Below the pieces are notes generated by a model. That model made no database searches. It was not told the origin of the DNA and worked only from the letters and a program-made list of their open reading frames with translations. Of a stretch of DNA of 61,758 nt, positions 35,204 to 49,419 are shown one piece after another; positions within the stretch are counted from its first letter, which is position 1; each line of letters starts with the position of its first letter. The stretch is from Macrostomum lignano (Eukaryota): NCBI GenBank assembly GCA_002269645.1, contig NIVC01004073.1:1-61758 (forward strand), in the 5' to 3' direction. Position numbers and translations under genes: made by a program.

Positions 35204-38200
35204 TCACACGGTGGGCCTAGTTCTCAGCCGCTCAATAAACCCATTGACCCGCTGCATCGGTCTGCTGCCGGAACTCTCTCCTCCGCCGCCGTCGCCGTCA
35301 CCGTCGCCGCCCCGCCGCCGGCCGCCGCCGCCGGCGCTCAACCGATCCCTGATGGCGGCTATCCGACGGCCAAGCCGGCGCACCTTTTGAATGACCTCCT
35401 CCTGCATCAGCTTGAAGCACATGGCGAATACGGACAGACCGATGGCCACGTAGAACACCGTGGCGATCAGCTTCTCCTTGGGATTCTCGCTGTCCACCGT
35501 TGTACCTGCGGGGCGTGGCGGGCATCCAAAGTTGAAAGCCTACATAATGAAGACAGGTCGGGCCATAGACAGCACGCAGATTTCTGACAATCTGACACCC
35601 CAACTTATTCTGACTCTCGGTCTTTGCCAGCTTTGAACAGCTCAGGAAAGTCTGAGCTTTTTGAATTTTCAGTCAGCAATGAACATAGTTACTTGCAAAG
35701 CACTTCAAGCGCCCTTATCATGTCGGCGACAAGGGGCTGCACTGTCAGTCAAACCATAATAAGTTCAAATAAAAACCGACGCCATGAGCAGCTAAGGCCC
35801 GGCAGTGTTAAGAGGGCCTAGCCAGCAAATTTACTGGCTCTGCTAGGATAATCAGGCCTAATGCGTGCGCCGGAGCGTGTCACCGCAATTTAGTGGCCCG
35901 GGTTTGGGGCGGTAAATCATCTGCGGCCGTCTCTAAGACTTTCGCGCGCCCACAAGCCCATATCGCTCACTTGTCCTCGTGGCTCTGCATACGAAGGCCA
36001 GCTTTCTCTCCCGTTGTTTGTGCTGGTGGGATGAATTTTCGCCTCGATTTTTTAACGCACCTTCACTCCGGCGCTTTTTTGGGTGCCGGCGGCAGGGTTT
36101 TGGGACACTTCGGGGCCCGCGCCCATAGCGAGACAGATAGACGGTATAGTTTACGATTTTTCACTTGAACCGTTTCCGCGGTCCTTCTTCTGCAGCTCTC
36201 AATTTCACTTTTTTAGTGCCGGCTTTCGGCTGACTGGCTGAATATATTAATTGCTGCTTCCAAAACTGACGGCAACTGATAATTATATTTGGCCCTTTGA
36301 TGCAGCCCTCGGATTAGCTTACCTTAGACTTCTCAGCCTAGCTGGCTTATCTCATTGTTTTACGAGCTCCAAATTTGCATTATCAAACAACTAGTCCCAG
36401 TTCATAGCCCTGTAGTACAGTTCCCCTTCGAGGTTCAAGATGATTCCCCTATTTATTCCCTTCATTAGAGCCCTTCGACACAAGATTGTCTCACCTGGCA
36501 CAATATCACCGAAGCCTATTGTGCTCAACGTGATGAAGCAAAAGTATGACCATCTGATGTAGTTTTTGTCCTCCTCCCAAATTGTGAATATCAGTGCGCC
36601 GAATATGATGTACAGAATCATCACAGAGACGGACAGGGACAGGGGCACCGTAACCTGGTGCAGCGACAGGCCCTTCATCGAGTCCTTCTCGTCCTCCTCC
36701 TCCACCACAGTCGGTGTTGTCGGCGTTGGTGGCTCGTGCACGGACACGTAGCTGCACCGGCGCAGCATCGGGTTGCTGCCGGCCGCCTCCTGCAGCCACG
36801 GCGCGTTGGCCAGCGGCTCGGCCCCCACCGCCGACATCGACAGGCTGAATGGGCGACGCGGAGCTCGCGACGGTTGCGCTGGTAGTGGCGGCGGCGGCGG
36901 TGGAGTCGAAGACGGCGTCGTGATAGTTGTCATCGGCGACCCAGCCCCGGCCGTCACCTTCGCCGACGCCGCATCCGGGTTTTCGGCGAACTCGGCTGGC
37001 GAGGCGGCTGCGGCGAGCCCAGCGGAGATCGCCAGGGGTGCGGATCGAGTCCGCCTGACGTTAACCGCCTCGGAGTGCTCCAGCGCAGCCGCTGACGCCA
37101 CGGGAGGCTCGGCTACCGTTTCGGGCGCTTCTGAGAACTCTTCCCAGTCGATTAGCGGCACCTGCTGCAGCTCGTCGCTGGTCCAATCCATGATGGCCTT
37201 CTGCGAGATGGGCGTCTGCACCTCGTCCATCAGCGGATTAACAGCGGCGAAGCAGTCTCCGTTCTCCGTTACTAGCGGGGCGACGCCGCCGGACGGTGGC
37301 GATGGCGGCGAGGCCAAGGAGGTTTCGTGCGCGGGCAGCACGCGGGCCATCACGTAGGCCACCCGGATGGTGGCAGCGGCGCTGGCCAGGTGCAGCGGGT
37401 TCGACTCGATCAGCGGTCGCGTCCGAACGGGCGTTGCTGCCGTGTGCTGCGGCGTCAGCGGCAGCAGCGGCCGCTGTTCGAGCATCCCGACAGTCGGCAC
37501 CATCGGCGTCGCTCCCGTCGTCGTCTCGTCGTCCTGCCGGTCGTCGCTGTCGCCGAGGTTCTCGGCCGTCCAAGCCTGCAGCCGTTCGGTGAGCCGGTGC
37601 AGGCGCACGTGCGACAGAGAGATTGGAATCTTAGCAGCCACCGCGCGCTGCCACTCGAGCGCCAGGGTGCGCGCGCGCTGGCGCGTCCGCTTGCGGAACA
37701 CTCGGCGCCAGAACGGGCGAAAGGCGTCCCGATAGAAGAGGCGAAACGCGTCGGCCAAGTAGTCGCCGACGTTGTTGAGGTACAGAAAGGTGAGCGGGAT
37801 GCCGAAGAAAGCGTAGAGCATGGTCAGCATGTAGCCGCCCTCTGTCTTGGGGACCACTTGCCCGTAGCCTGGAAGCAAATTGTGCGGTTCGTTGCAATAT
37901 TTTTCACAGCATCAACAAAATTTCCGCAGACTGTATTTGATGCCAGTCCAGTCGATCAGCTCAAGTGGAAATCGGCATCAACAGAGGCAATCGGTTTATT
38001 TTTAACCAGCTGCTCACTCCCTCCCTCTCTCCATCTCAATCAGTTTGCACTGGTGTTCTATTTCGCCGAGCCTCTTTATCTCAGTTTTGTCTAATCCGGT
38101 GCTGGTCGTCGAGAGGCAGAGAGCTCCCCCCTCTAGGAGAAACGACAAAAGCAGCAAGCGACCTGCCCACGGGAAGAGCATTAATCCTTTTGGGAGCGAA

Positions 38201-41200
38201 ACGGTGGCTTGAACTGGGCAGCGGGGAGAATGGAAGGGCTGAGGAAGCTGGGGTCCCTCTCTCTCTCTCTCGAGGAGAGCATCGGGGGGACTGCCAGTTT
38301 TGATTGAGCCTGAGAGACCGCGTCGGGGCACTCGGGCAGCGGATTCTCCCCCCCCCCCCCCAGCTGGCAGTTTGCCCCGCCCTCTCGGCTTGGCAGCATC
38401 GCGAAAAACATATGCTAGGCTGGGAGATGGAGCGGCCTGAGCAGGCGGAGAAGCGACCCTCAAGACTGATCGACACACCGGCGCTGGGGATGCCTGAAAA
38501 TGCGGGAAATGAGTTTTTTCCTTCTCTCTCTCTCTCTTTCATTTTTCCCATCTACCGTTTCTCCCTTTGCATTCAAATAAAGAGGAAAGGAAGTTCACGG
38601 CCAGAAATTGCAGGAATCCCCGCTGCTAAGCCGGTTGATGGGGGAGGGGGCGGTAGGGAAGCCGCCATGGGAGGCTGGGAAATTGACTGGCGCGTTGCTC
38701 CGCGAGTTGTTCGACACGAGGCCGCCCTCCCGCCCCCAGCCCCCTGCAGGACATTTTGCTGCCACAGAATTGAACGAACGAAAACGCAGATTGAAGTCCG
38801 ACAAGTGACTTCTGCCCGTGCCTGTGCTTGAGAACAACTCTTCTGTGTTCTCTTTGCAATTCTGTGCTGCACTCTTGGCTGCTGTGTCTCTACTGACACT
38901 GTGAATCTCTCTGCTGACACTGTGAATCTCTCTGCTGACACTGTGAATCTCTCTGCTGACACTGTGAATCTCTCTGCTGACACTGTGAATCTCTCTGCTG
39001 ACACTGTGAATCTCTCTGCTGACACTGTGAATCTCTCTGCTGACACTGTGAATCTCTCTGCTGACACTGTGAATCTCTCTGCTGACACTGTGAATCTCTC
39101 TGCTGACACTGTGAATCTCTCTGCTGACACTGTGAATCTCTCTGCTGACACTGTGAATCTCTCTGCTGACACTGTGAATCTCTCTGCTGACACTGTGAAT
39201 CTCTCTGCTGACACTGTGAATCTCTCTGCTGACACTGTGAATCTCTCTGCTGACACTGTGAATCTCTCTGCTGACACTGTGAATCTCTCTGCTGACACTG
39301 TGAATCTCTCTGTTGACACTGTGAATATATCTCTTCTAACAATAAATCTCTCTCCTGACACTGTAAGTCTCTCTCCTGACACTACTTTTAGATATTACAA
39401 CTTCCAAAACTTACAAAAATTGAATTCAGTTACGGCTCGTGTGCCTGAATATTCAGACGCCATTGCGGAATGAATAAGCGGCGGCCAATGAAGCGGGTGC
39501 ATTGGCCTCTCTAAGCATTCTCTAAGCTGTTGCTCCCCAAGCTCTTCCAAGATGAAGAACAGGGAGAGAATGAGAGAGAGAACGGCATGATTGATGCGAT
39601 GGAGAAACTGGGAGGATGGATCATTGCACTGGGGAGAGTCGCATACATAGAGAGATGACAGCCGACTCGCCAATGCCGAGCAATTCACGCCAAGGAGGGT
39701 TGCGAGGTTCTCGTGCAAGACGTGATAAATCGCCGCCGCCCGATGCCTTTTTATCCAGGCTGATTCTCTCCTTAGCCTCGAGATCCAAATGCCGCTATCA
39801 AATATTTGCTTGGAGATTGTTGACCCTGACTTCCACAGTTCACTCGCGAGCGACCCAAGGGGGGGGAAGGGAGAGGACGCTGGAACAAGTGGAGTCCTAT
39901 AGTAGAGCCACGGGAATGAACCGCGCTTTGGGAAATTATCCCGACGATTACCTCCCCGCCAGCCGTAATTGACTGCCTGATTAGTCCTCTGTGCTTTCAA
40001 TTCAACTTGGTTTTGCAAATTAGAAAAAAATGCACGATTTCGAGCAACCGACTACTCATATTGGCGCTTATTTGCTCACCGAATACTCTGGGATTAGGCA
40101 GGGGAATTCTTGGATAGTTACATTTAAAAGCGGAAAACAGATGGAAGACAGACAGGTCCGTTGGTCCGTCGCGCGGAATTTGAATGTGGTTTGTCAGTTT
40201 AATGGTAAACAAAACTGAAAATTCCCACTTGCAGCGAAATTTTTTGCGAGTCCATGATTATTCCTCATTTTTGGGATTAATTTTTTAGTCTGGATGCCAG
40301 CTGGCTCTTCAAAAATGAGGCTTCACTCGGCATTTGGACTGCGGTTTGGTCCCCGAGCCCTGGAGACGGACCGCCATTGCATCTATTATTTATTGATGGG
40401 TTGACAAATCCAATTGTAATTATTTTTAAGTGCTTTCATTGCCGTTCAACAGTGCATTGCTATTCTCACTGAGCGCTTCTCACTCCCTTTTCGCTCCCTT
40501 CTCACTCCCTTGTCACTCCCTTCTCACTCCCTTCTCACTCCCTTCTCACTCCCTTCTCATTCCCTTCTCACTCCCTTCTCACTCCCTTCTCACTCCCTTC
40601 TCGCTCCCTTCTCACTTCCCTGTCACTCCCTTCTCCCTCCCTTGTCACTACCTTCTCCTTCCCTGTCACTCCCTTCTCACTCCCTTTTCACTCCCTTCAC
40701 ACTCCCTTGTCACTCCCTTCTCATTCCCTTCTCACTCCCTTCACACTCCCTTCACACTCCCTTCTCACTCCCTTCTCACTCCCTTCTCACTCCCTTCACA
40801 CTCCCTTCACACTCCCTTCACACTCCCTTCTCACTCCCTTCTCACTCCCTTCTCACTCCCTTCTCACTCCCTTCTCACTCCCTTCTCACTCCCTTTTCGC
40901 TCCCTTCTCACTTCCCTGTCACTCCCTTCTCCCTCCCTTGTCACTACATTCTCCTTCCCTGTCACTCCCTTCTCACTCCCTTCTCCCTCCCTTGTCACTC
41001 TCTTCTCACTCCCTTGTCAATCCCTTTTCACTCCCTTACCATTCCCTTTTCACCCTTGTCTCACTCCCTTCTCCCTCCATTCAATGGAAGGGAGCCAAAG
41101 GAAGGGATTCACTCCATTTTAACTCCCTTCTCACCCCTCTACCCTCATCCTTTCTCTTCTCCTCTCCCTACTCTCTTTTTTCTCTCTTTCCTTGTCCTTT

Positions 41201-42213
41201 CTCTTTCTTTCTTTTTTATATCCAATGAAACTTTGCCCTCTTAATTTATAGATAATCAAAAACCGCCACTCAATTCGCTAGCGACGGGGGCTATAGCCAC
41301 TGCACCGCAGTCATGCCCATTCTGTAGATCCCTGAGCATGCATAAAGAACTGGGATTCGTACTCAGCTCACGGCACTGTCTATATTGGCACTGTCTGTCA
41401 TACAGGGTGAGCAGAGGTACCCTAAACCTAACCCTAACCCTAACCCTAACCCTAACCCTAACCCTAACCCTAGCCCCAACCCTAACCCTAACCCTTACCC
41501 TAGCCACTCCCACACTATTGCTCAGCAATGAGGTGCGGCCGCTCACCAATCGTGGTGATCACGGTCACCACGTACAGCAGCGCGCCGGAGAAGCTCCAGT
41601 TGAGATCGGCGTCATCGTAGCGGCCGTTCCAGCCGTCATCAGTCAGCCGCTTGATCAGCTGCCGGCTGAACTCGCGCATCTGGGCGGCGAATCGCCGTTC
41701 AAAGTCCTGCACGGCTGCCGCCGCCTGCGAGGACATGTTGCCGGCTGCCCCGTCTGCCGCCGCCGCTGCCAGAGCGACGTTGGTCTGACTGGAGTTCCAC
41801 CGACGCAGCCACCGTTGAGCCTCGTCGAGCAGCTGGCCGCTGACATTTTTCACGGTGCTGTCCAGGTGGTCTCTGGCGGCGGCCTTCACTCGCAACTCGT
41901 CGCCCTGCTCAAGCCGACGGAACAGCTCGCCGCCAATGATGACGTACAGAATAATGAGGCTGGACAGGCCCAGATTGGAGAACATGAATGCCAGGAAATG
42001 CTTGCAGCAGGTCACCGTCTCTTTGATTCGCTTCTTTCGACGCTGCCGACGGGCGTGCCGCCTCCGCTGCGACTTGGTGTTGTCGGCTGTCGAGGTCATA
42101 GCGGTCATGTTGATGGGGGCGGAGCGCTGGCTCTGCATCGGGGCCCGCACGGTGGGCCGCACTGTCGGGCGGGACATCTGCGGCCTCGGCCGCGGCGGCT
42201 GACTGAGCTCCAT
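35204..42213 (-). CDS. TWiK-family two-pore-domain potassium channel (K2P), 3 exons, about 780 aa
   Basis: Exons 42213-41547, 37868-36495 and 35505-35204 are joined by phase-1 introns. P1 is WSFSGALLYVVTVITTIG|YG and M2 is LYAFFGIPL. P2 is YFCFITLSTIGFGDIVPG and M4 is FYVAIGLSVFAMCFKLMQE. Confidence 0.93.
38885..39330. repeat. 21-bp minisatellite in K2P intron 1
   Basis: ACTGTGAATCTCTCTGCTGAC repeated about 21 times. Confidence 0.97.
40470..41085. repeat. Pyrimidine-rich 11-bp-based repeat (CTTCTCACTCC)n
   Basis: Visible tandem units. It explains ORFs between 40430 and 41244. Confidence 0.93.
41421..41505. repeat. Interstitial telomeric repeat (CCCTAA)n
   Basis: About 14 mostly perfect CCCTAA units. 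Confidence 0.95.
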
Positions 42214-42976
42214 TGTCTTTGTGACCTTGACCGTGACCTTGACCTTGACCTTGACCTCGAACTTGACCTTGACCTTGATTTTGAATAATCTGAAACTTTT
42301 CAGCCAGACTGTCGGAGTGACGCTCCTGCTCTGATCCAGATTTTTTTTAAAAACCCGCTTTGCTGCAGAGTTTTATTGTCACCCAGCCAACCAAACGATG
42401 CATGGATTCCGCAGCCTCAGCCAATCGGAATCGCTGGCTTGACAACAGGCAAAGTCCGCAACGAATCTTGAAAGATTAAAGATTTCTTCTCATAGCTCTC
42501 CTGCGTGTTTTCTGCATTTTAATTTTTCCGATTGTTCGAGCTGTGTCCCGGAGTCAGTTGAATGTTGGCCCACTGTGTCCGTGATTTTACAGACATGATG
42601 CCTGATATTCAGAAGTGCACCACTTCTGTTAGTTCACAGACGGGCATTTTGTCTAGTTCGGCTTGCACTTTAGTATAGCTGATTGCATACATGAATGCCG
42701 AAGCTTGTTCTCGCTGTGAATACTCGAATAGGCAAACTGCTTTAGAATTGCCGAGCTTGTCATAATGAGCTGCGGATTGTGCAGGATGCAGAGCGGGGCA
42801 GCCCAAAGAAAAATTGTTACTTCCAGCTGACTGCCTCCAGCAGCCCATTGTGCCGCTCTTCTTCACTGCCCACTTCCACTCGCTTCGTGTCCGGGCTGCG
42901 GGGGAGCTTGGACACTTGAGAGCTTGGGAAGTGCGGCTGCCTGCTTTGCATACGGTGAGCCACTGGGAGCCTGTAG

Positions 42977-43813
<837 letters not shown>

Positions 43814-44165
43814 CACATTAACTTCCTGCTCCCACATGGCCCACCCAGCTCCTGTCAGGCAGTAAAGTGCAGGCCAGTCATTTTCGGACTTTTATTCGTG
43901 TCCGTTTTGAATTATGCAAATGGCGCCCTGAGCTGCGCTGGACTCCGTGAGTCGCTCCTACACTCTGGCTGGTAGATTTTCAGCTCGGGTTTCCAATCTC
44001 AAAGCATTATTATGTTTTATTACTAGTTGTTACCTGCCAATCGAAACTCATTTACGATGTGAAGCATGGCGTGAGTGCCTGCCTGTCTCCAATTTCCTAT
44101 GCAGATTGCGCCTGATTTTACAATTTTCAGGAATTGCGAAATCAAAATCAACATCAAAATTCAGG

Positions 44166-45004
44166 GCCAAAATATCGGCTATGGGAGTGCCAAAATACCG
44201 GCTATGGGAGTGCCAAAATACCGGCTATGGGAGTGCCAAAATACCGGCTATGGGAGTGCCAAAATATCGGCTATGGGAGTGCCAAAATATCGGCTATGGG
44301 AGTGCCAAAATATCGGCTATGGGAGTGCCAAAATATCGGCTATGGGAGTGCCAAAATATCGGCTATGGGAGTGCCAAAATACCGGCTATGGGAGTGCCAA
44401 AATATCGGCTATGGGAGTGCCAAAATATCGGCTATGGGAGTGCCAAAATATCGGCTATGGGAGTGCCAAAATATCGGCTATGGGAGTGCCAAAATATCGG
44501 CTATGGGAGTGCCAAAATACCGGCTATGGGAGTGCCAAAATACCGGCTATGGGAGTGCCAAAATACCGGCTATGGGAGTGCCAAAATATCGGCTATGGAG
44601 TGCCAAAATATCGGCTATGGGAGTGCCAAAATATCGGCTATGGGAGTGCCAAAATATCGGCTATGGGAGTGCCAAAATATCGGCTATGGGAGTGCCAAAA
44701 TACCGGCTATGGGAGTGCCAAAATATCGGCTATGGGAGTGCCAAAATATCGGCTATGGGAGTGCCAAAATATCGGCTATGGGAGTGCCAAAATATCGGCT
44801 ATGGGAGTGCCAAAATATCGGCTATGGGAGTGCCAAAATATCGGCTATGGGAGTGCCAAAATATCGGCTATGGGAGTGCCAAAATATCGGCTATGGGAGT
44901 GCCAAAATATCGGCTATGGGAGTGCCAAAATATCGGCTATGGGAGTGCCAAAATATCGGCTATGGGAGTGCCAAAATATCGGCTATGGGAGTGCCAAAAT
45001 ACCG
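44166..45004. repeat. 23-bp minisatellite
   Basis: GCCAAAATATCGGCTATGGGAGT repeated. It explains three 300-360-aa pseudo-ORFs. Confidence 0.97.
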
Positions 45005-45389
45005 GCCACAGTATTGGCCGGTAAAATAGAGCAACAGAGTCCAGCTTCTGTTCCCGAGCCCTGTCAGCTCATTAGAGATGGCGCAGTGAAAAATTGTAGT
45101 TTTGTAAAAATCTCCACAAATCTAATTGAGCTTCTTGGCGCGTGAAACCCTCCAAAATTAGCGATATTTGAAACTGAAATTTTCCCAGTGCCAACTCTAT
45201 ATCGAATTTCTACCTTAATTAATTAGGACCTTGAAAACCGGAAGATGTTTCCGTGAGAGAAAATTTGAACTCGAAGGACTCGAACTTGATCTGGCTCTGA
45301 AAAGTTTTCGGTAGATTTGGAAACAGAGAAATTAATTGTTGTGGCGCTAAAATATTATATGTTAGCACCTAAATAGTCTATTTTAGCGC

Positions 45390-46432
45390 TAAAATGGCTA
45401 TTGTGGCACTAAAATGGCTAATGTTGCGCTCAAATGGCTATTGTGGAGATAAGATGGCTAATGTTGCGCTCAAATGGCTATTGTGGAGATAAGATGGATA
45501 GTGTGGCGATAAGATGGATAGTGTGGCGATAAGATGGATAGTGTGGCGATAAGATGGATAGTGTGGCGATAAGATGGATAGTGTGGCGATAAGATGGATA
45601 GTGTGGCGATAAGATGGATAGTGTGGCGATAAGATGGATAGTGTGGCGATAAGATGGATAGTGTGGCGATAAGATGGATAGTGTGGCGATAAGATGGATA
45701 GTGTGGCGATAAGATGGATAGTGTGGCGATAAGATGGATAGTGTGGCGATAAGATGGATAGTGTGGCGCTAAAATGGCTAGTGTGGCGCTAAAATGGCTA
45801 GTGTGGCGCTCAAATGGCAAGTGTGGCGCTCAAATGGCTAGTGTGGCGCTAAAATGGCTAGTGTGGCGCTAAAATGGCTAGTGTGGCGCTCAAATGGCTA
45901 GTGTGGCGCTCAAATGGCTAGTGTAGCGCTCAAATGGCTAGTGTAGCGCTCAAATGGCTAGTGTGGCACTCAAATGGCTAGTGCGGCGCTCAAATGGCTA
46001 GTGTGGCACTCAAATGGCTAGTGCGGCGCTCAAATGGCTAGTGCGGCGCTCAAATGGCTAGTGCGGCGCTCAAATGGCTAGTGTGGCACTCAAATGGCTA
46101 GTGCGGCGCTCAAATGGCTAGTGTGGCGCTCAAATGGCTAGTGTGGCGCTCAAATGGCTAGTGCGGCGCTCAAATGGCTAGTGCGGCGCTCAAATGGCTA
46201 GTGTGGCACTCAAATGGCTAGTGCGGCGCTCAAATGGCTAGTGTGGCACTCAAATGGCTAGTGCGGCGCTCAAATGGCTAGTGTGGCACTCAAATGGCTA
46301 GTGCGGCGCTCAAATGGCTAGTGCGGCGCTCAAATGGCTAGTGTGGCACTCAAATGGCTAGTGTGGCACTCAAATGGCTAGTGCGGCGCTCAAATGGCTA
46401 GTGTGGCGCTCAAATGGCTAGTGTGGCTTTAA
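45390..46432. repeat. 20-bp minisatellite with block-wise variants
   Basis: A GTGTGGCGATAAGATGGATA block is followed by GTG(T/C)GGC(G/A)CTCAAATGGCTA blocks. Confidence 0.97.
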
Positions 46433-47047
46433 AATATATATATTCCAGACAAATAATTCTCTGTAAAAAGGCAGACAAATGAAAAATAATTGTAAGAGCC
46501 TTTACTTGAACAACCTGCCCTTATTAGAACGAACGCAGGCCTGCATCAGTTTCAGATGCTATTCTATAATTTTGAAATGTCTATAAAAACGTGCCAAAGA
46601 GATTTGCATCCAGTCTGACTATGGTTAAAGTTACTATTTAAAGATTTTCGAAGACGTGTTCAGGCTTGATTCCCTGTGCTTCAATATTTGCTGTCGTATC
46701 TACATGTATTTGCCAACTGAAAATTTGCAATCCACAACCCTCTTCTCTTCTCTGTTCAACTAAGCCCGTCTTTTGTCTTGGAAAATACCTTTTAGAAAAT
46801 ACTGCGGTTTGTATGCAGATTGTTATGGCTCTTCTATAGCCAACAAGTTGGATTGGCAATTTTTTTATATTTTTGGTTGCCAACCGGTCTGAATGCTATG
46901 GTGTTAACATGGTGTCCACGGCTGCCAGTTGGGAAACATAAGGGAAACTTTTCAGTTTCTTTGTATCAATTAGCAGTAGTTTATCTTCTGAAGTTACAAA
47001 TAGAAAATGAAGCAGGTATCATATTTTCCAAGCTCATCCCAGCACAA

Positions 47048-47610
47048 GTGAGTGAATGAGTGAGTTCATGAGTTCATGAGTGAGTTCATGAGTGAGTTCA
47101 TGAGTTCATGAGTGAGTTCATGAGTGAGTTCATGATTTCATGAGTGAGTTCATGAGTTCATGAGTTCATGAGTGAGTTCATGAGTTCATGAGTTCATGAG
47201 TTCATGAGTTCATGAGTTCATGAGTGAGTTCATGAGTTCATGAGTTCATGAGTTCATGAGTGAGTTCATGAGTTCATGAGTTCATGAGTGAGTTCATGAG
47301 TTCATGAGTGAGTTCATGAGTTCATGAGTTCATGAGTTCATGAGTGAGTTCATGAGTTCATGAGTGAGTTCATGAGTTCATGAGTTCATGAGTGAGTTCA
47401 TGAGTTCATGAGTTCATGAGTGAGTTCATGAGTGAGTTCATGAGTTCATGAGTTCATGAGTGAGTTCATGAGTTCATGAGTGAGTTCATGAGTTCATGAG
47501 TGAGTTCATGAGTTCATGAGTGAGTTCATGAGTTCATGAGTGAGTTCATGAGTTCATGAGTGAGTTCATGAGTTCATGAGTGAGTTCATGAGTTCATGAG
47601 TGAATTTATG
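47048..47610. repeat. (GAGTTCAT / GAGTGAGTTCAT)n array, block 1
   Basis: Mixed 8- and 12-bp units. Confidence 0.97.
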
Positions 47611-48359
47611 AGCTATTGAGCTCATGATTGTATGAAAGATCTGTGCTGCAAAAGAATAAATTGTGCGTTCGAATACTCAAACTGGTTGCTTCACAGTCCT
47701 CCATTTGGGCCATAGACAATGAGAAGCCAGTCTTCAATCAGCTGGACTCTCCCAGTAAGAAATTTATTGCTTGCTGCTACTCATGAGCTCTTGAAAATGC
47801 AGTAGTAGCAAGGAGACTGGGTGACCAATCGGATATCCTAGAGAATGGTAATGGTAGTCTATGGTAAAACTCGTTGAGCACAGACTTTGAGCACAGGGGC
47901 GGGAGTGAGGCAATAAAAACCCGCGTAGAATTCGTAAAAGTACACGCGAACTTATAATTTAGTTGGCAGCCGGCTCTGAGGAGTGTTTTTGGTAGCCCAG
48001 TAAAAATAGCCTGCATGGAGACTGACGCTTCGGAAGAGCTGACAGGGGGGATAGCATTTTCTCACCACCCCCCCCCGTCTGCCTCATCTCTCCCTCCCTG
48101 CCTCTCGGATCCTTTTCAGACAGCTTCTTGAGATTTCAGACTGCCAGCGGCCGGCCATGCATTAAATCAGAAGTCAGACTGGTGGGTGAGTGAACGTACA
48201 TGCATGCATGTCGAATGTATTGGTGCTGGGTGTACATTTGATGGTGGCGTGGGCTTTTCATATTTTCAGCTGGCGAAAAGCAACATATAGCGTTTGGAGA
48301 GTGTGCCTCGCTTTTATGCGTGTATGTGAGAATAAGTACATTTATTGTGCGAGTGTGTC

Positions 48360-48968
48360 TGTGAGTTCATGAGTGAGTTCATGAGTGAGGTCATGAGTGA
48401 GTTCATGAGCGAGTTCATGAGTGAGTTCATGAGTTCATGAGTGAGTTCATGAGTGAGTGAGGTCATGAGTGAGTTCATAAGTGAGTTCATGAGTGAGTTC
48501 ATGAGTGAGTTCATGAGTGAGGTCATGAGTGAGTTCATGAGCGAGTTCATGAGTGAGTTCATGAGTGAGTTCATGAGTGAGTGAGTGAGTGAGTTCATGA
48601 GTGAGTTCATGAGTTTATGAGTGAGTTCATGAGTGAGTTCATGAGTGAGTTCATGAGTGAGTTCATGAGTGAGTTCATGAGTGAGTTCATGAGTTCATGA
48701 GTTCATGAGTTTATGAGTGAGTTCATGAGTGAGTTCATGAGTGAGTTCATGAGTGAGTTCATGAGTGAGTTCATGAGTGAGTTCATGAGTGAGTTCATGA
48801 GTGAGTTCATGAGTGAGTTCATGAGTTTATGAGTGAGTTCATGAGTTCATGAGTTTATGAGTGAGTTCATGAGTGAGTTCATGAGTGAGGTCATGAGTGA
48901 GTTCATAAGTGAGTTCATAAGTGAGTTCATGAGTGAGGTCATGAGTGAGTTCATGAGTGAGTGAGTGA
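48360..48968. repeat. (GAGTGAGTTCAT)n array, block 2
   Basis: Same family as 47048-47610, mostly 12-bp units. Confidence 0.97.
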
Positions 48969-49419
48969 GCTAAGCTAGTTAGTTGCCAAGCAAATGAACG
49001 ATAAAGGCCATGGCCTGCATGCAGTGAGCAACTTATCACAGACCGCCCCCTCTGCCTGTGACTCGATACATCTTGTTGTGTGTTTTTTCAGTCTTGGAAG
49101 TGGAAAGTGCGCAGTGCCAGGCGTATAGACAATCCAGGACTGTCTGCTGGCCGAGTCCCCTGTGCAGAGTTCGGGGAGACAGATTGCTGCAGATGGCATT
49201 GTCCGCCTAGCGATTCGTTTGAATTACCCGATTAGCTATGCCTGCTGGTTGCAGGAAATCACAATGCGAATGAAATACCTATTTTAGCATTGTGTGTTTT
49301 CCAGTATTGATATTTTATATGCTGGTCCCATACTAGGTTTCTGAAGCGAGATCACAGTTATATCATCTATTTAGTGCTGTCAGAAAAATTGGATTCAAAA
49401 AGGCTTTGAAGCTCTGGAA

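Noticed and set aside
36506-38859. Many overlapping GC-rich ORFs on both strands
   Set aside because: Shadow frames of the GC-rich K2P exon 2 and adjacent low-complexity intron.
39395-40018. 207-aa ORF in K2P intron 1 on the sense strand
   Set aside because: No recognisable motif or splice support. An ORF of this length is plausible by chance in GC-balanced DNA.
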